This document shows, in pieces, positions 19,557 to 26,820 of a stretch of DNA of 64,000 bases. The stretch comes from Candidatus Daviesbacteria bacterium. GTDB taxonomy: Bacteria; Patescibacteriota; Microgenomatia; Daviesbacterales; UBA10151. Every line of letters begins with the position of its first letter. Within the stretch, counting starts at the first letter, position 1. The translations under genes were made by a program, and so were the position numbers. The notes under the pieces were generated by a model. The model was not told the DNA's origin. It worked only from the letters and a program-made list of their open reading frames with translations, and did not search any database. The DNA is taken from positions 5,942 through 69,941 of the forward strand of contig JACPKP010000004.1 in assembly GCA_016186955.1 (NCBI GenBank). The letters are read 5' to 3'.

Positions 19557-20189
19557 TTATCTGGGTATCTTAAGGGTCGTGCCAACTTCTATGGCGTCTG
19601 CATTGGATAGGTTGTTTGCCTTTGCTATTTTTTCATACATATATATATCACCATAAGCCCTGCCGGCTATAGTTGAGAGCCAATCCCCTTTGACAACTGT
19701 GTAGGTATCACCTGTAATCTTTTCACCCCAAATAGTTTGGTTGATGGCTCCGCCTGTTCCCTGGCCGTTTGTAGGTGTTTTAGCCTCCTCCAGCTTGGGT
19801 ATGTCCAAAACCTGACCAACCTCAATCTTATTCTCATCAGCCAGTTTATTGGCCTCAACAAGCTTAGAATATTTATATCCGTCATTGTAGTAATTTTGTG
19901 CTATCAGAAAAAGGGTATCACCTTCTTTAATAGTATATTGGCCAGGTAAGTCCTCTTTTTTGACATCTGCAGTTTGTTCATCTGTCTGGCCTGATGGTCC
20001 CAGGCTTCCTTCTGGCTTGTTGAAGTAGTTAAAGATTAAAATTCCCAAAACTATAACTATTAAGGTTCCGAGCACCAGGTTTAGGAATGAATTATTTTTT
20101 TCCAGATCTGTCTGAATTTTATCAAAAAAGCTCTCATCCTGTGAGCTTTTTGCGGAATAGCGTCTTACTGCCTGTTTTTTCTTTGGCAC
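19557..20189 (-). CDS. LysM domain-containing membrane protein (two LysM repeats)
   Basis: N-terminal TM helix. YTIKEGDTLFLIAQ...IEVGQVLDIP and YTVVKGDWLSTIAG...IEVGTTLKIP are LysM signatures. Confidence 0.8.
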   Translation of the reverse strand: MPKKKQAVRRYSAKSSQDESFFDKIQTDLEKNNSFLNLVLGTLIVIVLGILIFNYFNKPEGSLGPSGQTDEQTADVKKEDLPGQYTIKEGDTLFLIAQNYYNDGYKYSKLVEANKLADENKIEVGQVLDIPKLEEAKTPTNGQGTGGAINQTIWGEKITGDTYTVVKGDWLSTIAGRAYGDIYMYEKIAKANNLSNADAIEVGTTLKIPR

Positions 20190-20264
20190 TTTTTAGATCC
20201 TTGGTTGGCAGACTCAACTGAGTCATATTTAACCCATTTTTAGAACATTGTCAAGAGGGCAATT

Positions 20265-20700
20265 TTGCAAAAGTTTAGCGCCCTCATGGTTTTCCACTGT
20301 TTAGTGGCCTACCCGAGGGCGCTTAAAGCTATGCACCTGATATTGCGGAATAAAAGATGTAGCTTGCCTGCCACTAGGCAGGTGTTAGTTCTTGTTCTTT
20401 TGGAGCATAGTCTCCGCAGGATACCCCTGCGAGCTCATGCTCCAACTTGTCCTGCTCGGCAAGCCAACGCAACCAGCGCAAATGAGCTGGGTTCGGCTCG
20501 CGGGGGGGCACGGAAAACATCTGCAGCTCTGCGTCGTATCTGTTCATTTCCTCCTCCAGAATCCGTTCGTGACTCCGCTAAATCAAGGTGCACCCGGGTT
20601 TCCCCGGAAATACAAAGGAAACAAAGCCCAGGTTGCAATCAGCCCACCCTTGTTTCTAATGTAATACGTATTATATCAGAATATGTCAAGAAACACAAAC
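20265..20700. other. G+C-rich ORF-free segment; candidate structured non-coding RNA (identity unresolved)
   Basis: Strikingly G+C-rich relative to its flanks. Only arginine-rich junk ORFs appear in all frames. Several strong hairpins are present (e.g. GGAGCAT...CCGCAGG-ATACC-CCTGCG...ATGCTCC and GCCTGCC-ACTA-GGCAGG). Confidence 0.3.
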
Positions 20701-20764
20701 TATAGGATTTTAGTTTTACATTGCGTTGAAAGAAAAGGGTGGAATTGTTACAATACTACCACTT

Positions 20765-20820
20765 GGGACCGTAGTGAACTGGTTATCACGGTCCGATGGA
20801 CATCGGACAGATAGCGGGTT
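20765..20820 (+). pseudogene. tRNA-Asp 5' partial duplicate (pseudo-tRNA)
   Basis: Its first 26 nt are identical to the intact tRNA-Asp 330 nt downstream (GGGACCGTAGTGAACTGGTTATCACG). The anticodon arm is diverged, the identity AGATAGCGGGTT is shared, and the sequence then diverges with no T-arm or 3' acceptor strand. Confidence 0.6.
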
Positions 20821-20840
20821 GATTGGTTACCAGGTGAAAT

Positions 20841-21104
20841 ATGGGAATAGTTTATATTTTAAGATCGTTAGTAAACGGAAGGTTTTACATTGGGTCGACG
20901 AATGATTTAGAAAGGAGATTTGGAGAACATAATTTAGGAAAATCAAAAGCGACAAAATTTACAGCGCCGTTTGAATTAGTCTTTAGACAGGAATATGATT
21001 CGTTAAACAAAGCCAGACGAGTTGAAAATAAGTTAAAAAAATTTAAGAGCAAGATAATTTTAGAAAAGATAATAAATGATAGTTTTATAACTTTGGGACC
21101 GTAG
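20841..21104 (+). CDS. GIY-YIG nuclease family protein (small, COG2827-like)
   Basis: IVYILRSLVNGRFYIGSTNDLERRFGEH. 87 aa. The stop codon TAG lies inside the 5' acceptor/D region of tRNA-Asp. Confidence 0.8.
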   Translation: MGIVYILRSLVNGRFYIGSTNDLERRFGEHNLGKSKATKFTAPFELVFRQEYDSLNKARRVENKLKKFKSKIILEKIINDSFITLGP

Positions 21105-21167
21105 TGAACTGGTTATCACGTCTCCCTGTCACGGAGAAGATAGCGGGTTCGATTCCCGTCGGTCCCG
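21095..21167 (+). tRNA. tRNA-Asp (anticodon GTC)
   Basis: GGGACCG-TA-GTGA-ACTGGTTA-TCAC-G-TCTCC-CTGTCAC-GGAGA-AGATA-GCGGG-TTCGATT-CCCGT-CGGTCCC-G. Confidence 0.9.
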
Positions 21168-21291
21168 CCTAGGCACTAAATTTTAATATTTCAGTCAGTT
21201 TTCCTGAAATTTGAAGTTAATAGTGTTCGAATTACATCAAGCGAATATTTAGTAAAATTCTGCAGAAATTAACTTTATTTTTAGTAAAAAG

Positions 21292-21579
21292 TTAATAATC
21301 TTCAACTGTTCTTATTCTTCCATCAGCTCTATGTATATATACGGATGTACCTTGGTTTTGAGCAATTGATTTAGCTCGATCTATAGCTGCCTTTTGAGTT
21401 TTAAAAATATCACTTGCTCTTTCTGCTCCACCACGAATTACTACCCATGAATTATCTTTATGTATAACATGGTGGTTTTGTTTACCTCTCTCGACAGCTT
21501 GTTTATAAGCCCTTATCTGAGGATTATTTTGATTTGTCTTATATATAACTTTTTTCATATTAAAATTTAGACTGAACAA
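21292..21579 (-). CDS. DUF2188-like small protein
   Basis: HVIHKDNSWVVIRGGAERASDIFKTQKAAIDRAKSIAQNQGTSVYIHRADGRIR matches the DUF2188 pattern W.V...GA.RAS..F.TQ.EAI..A..IA.NQ...L.IH..DG.IR. Confidence 0.5.
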   Translation of the reverse strand: MFSLNFNMKKVIYKTNQNNPQIRAYKQAVERGKQNHHVIHKDNSWVVIRGGAERASDIFKTQKAAIDRAKSIAQNQGTSVYIHRADGRIRTVEDY

Positions 21580-22162
21580 ATGAAATTATATCATTTTCTG
21601 ACATTTGAATTTTATTTAAATAAGCAATGAATTCTGTTCTGTTCCCAAATTCAATCTTGGCAAACTGCATTGTTTGGTTCTCCGTATAAGAACTTTCTAC
21701 AATGTTTATTGCTATTTGAGGATATTTTAGAGTAATCCACAATAACGTTTTTCTAGCACCAGAATGAGTTTTGTAAAAGTGAGAATCTTTAAATTTTCTA
21801 TCACGACTTAAAAAAGCAATAAATGCTCTTTTAAGATCATCAGGTATAATAGCATAAATGATAGGCTTTTTCTTTAATTTAAAAACTTCATTTAATTTAA
21901 TTCTTGCACCTTCCTCTGTAGAAAGCGTTGCATCAAATACAATACTTTTTTTACGGCTTAGTTGTGATGATAAAAACTCTGTTTTTCCAGATGCTGCGCC
22001 ACCATTTAAGAAGATTATGTTGTTGAACTTATGCTTTTTTAATTCTTCATAAAACAACTTATCTGCTTGTTTTGCTGACGCTGTATGGAATAACTCAGCC
22101 TTCTTGGGTAAATAACCAAACATAGTTTTCTTGATTTCATCTGCTGAAATGATAACGACCAT
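21560..22162 (-). CDS. zeta-toxin-like P-loop kinase
   Basis: Walker A NGGAASGKTEF within a zeta-toxin-like layout. 200 aa. Its 3' end overlaps the DUF2188 gene by 20 nt. Confidence 0.5.
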   Translation of the reverse strand: MVVIISADEIKKTMFGYLPKKAELFHTASAKQADKLFYEELKKHKFNNIIFLNGGAASGKTEFLSSQLSRKKSIVFDATLSTEEGARIKLNEVFKLKKKPIIYAIIPDDLKRAFIAFLSRDRKFKDSHFYKTHSGARKTLLWITLKYPQIAINIVESSYTENQTMQFAKIEFGNRTEFIAYLNKIQMSENDIISFVQSKF

Positions 22163-22361
22163 ATGTTAGTGAGTGAAATATAGCATAAAATATACTAAAG
22201 GAAGATCATTAGATTTGAATTACCATTTGTTACAAAGTTTTATGCTGATAAATTAAGCTGGAATATAGGTGTTCCAAATTTAAGCCTTCAAGCCCGCATA
22301 GGCTCGACAAGTTAATATTTACCAATTTTTAGTGAATTTTGAAGCTAAAAGTGTTCAAATC

Positions 22362-23094
22362 CTATTTAACGACAATTGAGTCGCCTGGGGAGATTATATA
22401 ATCTGCTGGTCTACGTGGGGATCTAAACTCTACCATGAAATCAGATTTCTGGTCACCTGATTTTATTAAATCTTGAATTAATTTCTCCTCGTCAAGAATA
22501 GAAAAATTATTATCCCCACCAAAATACCGAGCACAACTTGATTGATAACCTAAATCTTCAAGCATATTATTGGCTCTATCTTTAGCAGGGTAGTACCCAG
22601 AATGAGAACCCCCACAAAAAACTACCACTTTCGAATTTTGATCATTCTCCAATCTATCTCTAATAATTTCTGTCCATTGTCTATTCCTTTTACCAAATGT
22701 AGCTGACTGACTAGAGGCTAGGTATTCCTCGTTAGAAATATCCAATCCGTGTATATTCATCCCTAATGATTTAGCTAAAGAGTAAATTTCAAAATATTTA
22801 TCTCCCATACTAGGATCTTTATCATTCCAATGATCCTGTAAATATTGCCTTACTTTTTCTGAATCTGTAGTATCAAATCCCTTTGGTAACATTTCTAAAG
22901 CAAGATCTGTTACCCCCCCCCTCGGCCAATCTCTCTAGAGCACCTTTGAAGGCTTCTTTATCTGTAAAAGAGGTATGGCTATCGTTGATGAACAAAACTC
23001 TATTATTTCCAAGAATTTTACCATAATCAACTGGTTCTGGGTCACCAACTTCTTTTGTGCCTAATCCCAGTTTCACCTCATCATCCATATTCAA
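22362..23094 (-). pseudogene. hypothetical protein interrupted by a frameshift at a C9 (coding-strand G9) homopolymer
   Basis: ORFs 22873..23094 and 22362..22892 are adjacent, run in the same direction and overlap at the poly-C tract 22913-22921 (coding-strand GGG Gly codons). Joined they give ~245 aa. Confidence 0.55.
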
Positions 23095-23256
23095 ACTATA
23101 CCATAATCTGATCCTACATTTATTTGTTGCAAAGTTTTGTACTGATATAATAAACTTTGATATAGGTGTTCAAAATTTTTACCTTTGAGCCCGCTAGACT
23201 AACTGTGGGTGTCTTATAGTTGACTTCTGGGATCAATTTATGTTAGGATTGCTTTT

Positions 23257-23640
23257 ATGAAAGAGTATGTAAGACATCCTTTAGGCTCTCCATCTGGTGA
23301 ACCATTTGATGACAGAACTCAGGTTGAGCTGGAAGAAAAACCTACTCAACTAATGATGGCGACACACAATAACGTCGGCTTAGATGTGAGCAATCTATTA
23401 CAAACATTAGGTTTTGTGCAGGTTGAAGGAGAATCGGCAGGTGATTTGTTTTTAAGGAACACCCCAAAGAAAATTTTTAGTAGGGATTGGGCTATTTCTT
23501 ATCAAAAGGCAGAAAAGGGAGAAAAACGGGATCTTAACATTTTTACAATTTATCTCAATCATGGATCAGAGGTAGGTTATATGGATTTTCTGAGACAGAT
23601 TACAAACAGACAAGGTAGATACTGTGTTTTCTTCCCCTAA
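23257..23640 (+). CDS. hypothetical protein (cassette)
   Basis: 127-aa ORF about 60 nt downstream of a conserved repeat copy. No motif recognised. Confidence 0.4.
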   Translation: MKEYVRHPLGSPSGEPFDDRTQVELEEKPTQLMMATHNNVGLDVSNLLQTLGFVQVEGESAGDLFLRNTPKKIFSRDWAISYQKAEKGEKRDLNIFTIYLNHGSEVGYMDFLRQITNRQGRYCVFFP

Positions 23641-23870
23641 ATACAATTGGATTGCTTGAGACTCAACTCAAACGGGTGCCCTTTTCATGGGTAAAAAATT
23701 TCAAACTCTGCAAAGTTTTATACTGCTCCACTAAACTCTTATAAAGGTGTTCTAAATTTAAACTCTCAAGCCCCTCAATATTTTACGTTGCAAAAAATTA
23801 AAGAATATGGTATATTATTGTCATAAACGCCTCAGCTTGTGCGAAAGCCCGCTGAGGTTTTTTGTAATAT

Positions 23871-24461
23871 TTGTTTATGTCTAAGTGCATACTATTTATT
23901 GATGGCGAGAATTTTATACATAAAATTGAAGAGGTTTTAAAACAAGAGGGTATAAATAATAACAAAAAAGATTTAGCCTTAATAAACCTAAATAAACTTT
24001 TTAAAGAAGCATTGCAAGGCTTTGATTTTTCCAGAAAGATATTTTATGCCGCCAGACTTCACTTACACCCGGATACTAAAAAGAAATCAGAAGAACTTAT
24101 CAAACTCCAGCGCAAACTGCGCAACAATCTTATAAATCAGGGGTATGAATTCATTATCGCTGGGAATGTTAGAGCTCAAAAGGTGGGGAAGAGTGTGGTT
24201 TTCAGAGAAAAAGGTGTGGATGTAAAAATTGGTGTTGATATGACCTCGCTGGCTTGTGATAAAAAAATTGAAACTGCTATTCTTTGCAGTTCGGACTCAG
24301 ATTTACAACCTGCAATTACAGAACTTAAAGAAAGAGGTATAAAAGTAATCTATTTAGGTTTTGAAAACAATCCCAATAAAGGACTTACCTTTACCACAAA
24401 CAGAACAATCCTGTTAAGAAACTCTGAAGTAATTGAGGCTTGTCAAAACAGAAAAGATTAA
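23871..24461 (+). CDS. NYN/LabA-like (PIN-fold) domain protein
   Basis: N-terminal ILFIDGENF and the later ILCSSDSDLQPAI match the NYN-domain signatures (hhFIDGENh and hhSGDSDF). Confidence 0.6.
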   Translation: MFMSKCILFIDGENFIHKIEEVLKQEGINNNKKDLALINLNKLFKEALQGFDFSRKIFYAARLHLHPDTKKKSEELIKLQRKLRNNLINQGYEFIIAGNVRAQKVGKSVVFREKGVDVKIGVDMTSLACDKKIETAILCSSDSDLQPAITELKERGIKVIYLGFENNPNKGLTFTTNRTILLRNSEVIEACQNRKD

Positions 24462-24763
24462 ACTACACATAACTGTTGTAAAGCTCTATACTGTTCAACT
24501 CAACCCTGATACAAGTATTCCAGATTTGAACCCTCAAGCCCGCAATAAACCTATAGTTGCATTTTTATTTAAAATCTGTTACTATGCCTTGACTAAAGAA
24601 TGAGCTCAGATTAATTGTTATCCAAAGTTTATTTCTTTTGTTTTAATTCTCTTGCACTTTTAAATAACCTCTTAATACTACTGTGCAATTAGTGCATCTT
24701 AATTTTTGGTGTATTAATTGTGCAGTAGTACTGCATAAAATAATTTGTGCTAAGGAGGAACTG

Positions 24764-25546
24764 GTGAGAAAGGATCTTAAGTTTGAGGTATCCGAAGGAT
24801 TGACATTGTCGCTTGAAGATCTTTGGGCGAAAGTGTCTATCCGAACTAGCCCAAAGGGAATTGCAACAGTGGTTCTTGAGGGCGAAGAGAAGTTTATTAA
24901 CCAGGTGAAAGTGGAGCACCCAAACCCCTCTGAACTAACTCTCAAGGGTGAACAGGGTGGCAACACTGTCATTATGGGAGGCGGTTCCTCTATCGTCCTA
25001 GGAGGCCGGGGCAATGTTGTGATCGGCGGAAATATCCGAGGCAGTGTGATCTCATCGGGTAATCTCGTCATCATCAACGGCCGAGTGGTCTCTGGTGGCA
25101 AGGACGTGACTGTAACTTTGGGCGATGAAATGCTCAAGATTAAGATCACAGTCCCGGAAGGTACTGATCTCTCCAGCCATAGTGTTGAGGAACTCGATTC
25201 CAATGGACTTCGAGGAAAACTCTCACTTTCATTAAGCGGCCAGCAGCAAGCTGTTGTTGGTTTTGCCAAGAAGGTTAGGGTTTCCTGCAGCGGTCAGTCT
25301 GAGATTCAAGTTACCGAAGCTAGCGGAGATTTGAATGTCTCCACTAGCGGACAATCTTCTGTTGCCATCACAGGCAGCTTTGAAGATGTTGAGACTCACA
25401 GCAGTGGCCAAAGTCACATTGGAATCAACGGCAATTGCCGTAATTTCGAAGGTGACTCATCTGGCCAAAGCTCAATTTCGGTTTTGGGATCTGTCTCTGG
25501 CCGTGTGCGAAAGCACTCAAGCGGTCAAAGCAATATCCGAGTTTAG
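24764..25546 (+). CDS. beta-helix repeat protein with reiterated SGQS units (DUF4097/DUF2807-like putative adhesin head)
   Basis: Likely GTG start 6 nt after the AAGGAGG RBS (the track ORF starts upstream at 24683). Repeats: CSGQSEIQV, TSGQSSVAI, SSGQSHIGI, SSGQSSISV, SSGQSNIRV. Markedly G+C-rich relative to neighbours. Confidence 0.55.
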   Translation: MRKDLKFEVSEGLTLSLEDLWAKVSIRTSPKGIATVVLEGEEKFINQVKVEHPNPSELTLKGEQGGNTVIMGGGSSIVLGGRGNVVIGGNIRGSVISSGNLVIINGRVVSGGKDVTVTLGDEMLKIKITVPEGTDLSSHSVEELDSNGLRGKLSLSLSGQQQAVVGFAKKVRVSCSGQSEIQVTEASGDLNVSTSGQSSVAITGSFEDVETHSSGQSHIGINGNCRNFEGDSSGQSSISVLGSVSGRVRKHSSGQSNIRV

Positions 25547-25567
25547 TTGAGAGTTCGGCAAGAGAAA

Positions 25568-25607
25568 CCGCCCTAAGGGTTATAAACCCAAGGGGCGGAT
25601 TTTTTTG
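25568..25607 (+). terminator. rho-independent terminator
   Basis: CCGCCCTAAGGGTT-ATAA-ACCCAAGGGGCGG followed by T7. Confidence 0.65.
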
Positions 25608-26198
25608 TATATTTAAATATTGTTTAAAATGTAATTTGGGTACGCGTCCATTAAGGTATTTAATAGAGCTAATGATTCATATAAACCTACATTGCTCCCG
25701 CCTTCGTCTCGCTGAAGCTCGACTACGGCGAGGTAAACCCGTAAGTAGTCGAGCGTAAGCGGAAAGTATGAATTATGTGTATTTCTTGTTATGTTGGGAT
25801 GGAAAAATCTATACTGGTTCAACTAATAACTTATCCTTTGAACTTGAAAAATATTTTAAATCAGGTTCAGGAAGAGCATTTATGAAAAAACATAAACTGG
25901 TTGATCCTTAAAAATTTGCTATATTTTCCCCGTTTAACCCTGAGCCTGTCGAAGGGTCGATCCCGTATTAATCCTATAACTTGACTTTGGGTTTAAATTT
26001 GTTAAAATAATCCCACTTTAGAAATAAACCCAGATTAATTGTTATCTTGTTTTTGTTTCTTTTGTATGTTTTTTGCACATTAATTTTAGAATTTCAAATC
26101 CAATCCTTAAGCAAAGGTTTAAAGCAGGTAAAATAGCTTACCTTTTTTAAGTCTTTGCTTAGGTGGAAGCGGAGATAATAAACCGGAGAGTTACGTAA

Positions 26199-26612
26199 AT
26201 GACACATGCAGTGAGCGAAGTGTCTACTGAACAGTGCCTGCACTGGAAGGAAGAGGTGGCATTTATTGCCTCCATCAACCCATCCTTTTTGCGGGATGCA
26301 TGGCTAAACGCCATGGGTGGGCTAAACCCAGAGTACAATCTTCTTGAGATGCTTCTAAAGCCTCTCGAGGGACAACTCTGGTGGCATCTGACCCGCCATC
26401 CTCAGAAATGCAAATACCAAATGATCAAGCTTCTCGAGGAAAGGTTGGATCAGTTCCGTAACTGCCATTACTGGAGGAAACTCCTAGAAATAGCTGTGAC
26501 TCCAGGGATGGAACGGAGTGATTCTCATTTGAAGGATTGTGTGTTTTGTCAGAGGGACCTGCGGCAGATGAAGCCGAAGCTCCCTTACTACAAAGAGTTC
26601 TATAAACGCTAA
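26199..26612 (+). CDS. hypothetical protein (cassette; Cys/His-rich)
   Basis: 137-aa ORF ending with CVFCQ. Followed by the terminator GGGCGGT...ACCGCCCTTTTT at 26662-26692. Confidence 0.4.
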   Translation: MTHAVSEVSTEQCLHWKEEVAFIASINPSFLRDAWLNAMGGLNPEYNLLEMLLKPLEGQLWWHLTRHPQKCKYQMIKLLEERLDQFRNCHYWRKLLEIAVTPGMERSDSHLKDCVFCQRDLRQMKPKLPYYKEFYKR

Positions 26613-26820
26613 GCTAATGGGGACCACCTTCCCCCGAATGCTTAGTTCTAAGTGCTCATTCAAGGGCGGTTCTATATGGACCGCCCTTTTTATATCCCAA
26701 AACCTTGTAGGGTTTTATATTGAATCTTCAAACTCTTATAAAGGTGTTCCAGATTTGAACCCTCAAGCCCGCAAATAACTATAAGTTGACCCTTAAAGCA
26801 AGAAGTGTTATTATTGGTTC

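Noticed and set aside
20265-20700. Tried to assign the G+C-rich segment to RNase P RNA, tmRNA or SRP RNA
   Set aside because: I could not locate the P4 strands (AGGAAAGUCCGGGCUC / ACAGAANCCGGCUUA), a tmRNA T-arm or CCA end with an ALAA-type tag reading frame, or the SRP GGAAG/AGCAG motif on either strand. The class remains unassigned, not excluded.
20265-20705. ORFs 20265..20705 (+), 20392..20664 (+) and 20435..20638 (-) in the G+C-rich segment
   Set aside because: All are Arg/Ala/Pro-rich low-complexity translations typical of G+C-rich non-coding DNA read in an AT-rich genome's ORF scan. There is no RBS or motif. The region is treated as a candidate RNA instead.
24643-25269. 208-aa minus-strand ORF antisense to the beta-helix gene
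   Set aside because: It is a product of the high G+C of that gene. The sense strand has RBS, start and repeat-protein signatures, whereas the antisense translation is Pro/Ser/Thr-rich junk.
22227-26773. Checked whether the repeated ~70-nt elements, or the 20-nt repeat pair inside gatA (33538-33596), form a CRISPR array
   Set aside because: The ~70-nt copies are 0.6-2.2 kb apart with genes between them, are not regularly spaced, and their 5' halves are diverged. The gatA pair is only two copies inside an intact coding sequence. No cas genes lie adjacent. Neither is a CRISPR array.
22227-26773. Integron (intI plus attC) interpretation of the cassette array
   Set aside because: No tyrosine-recombinase gene is present in the window, and I could not confirm the attC R''/L''-L'/R' inverted-core architecture (RYYYAAC...GTTRRRY) in the repeats. 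It is kept as an open hypothesis in the findings rather than called.
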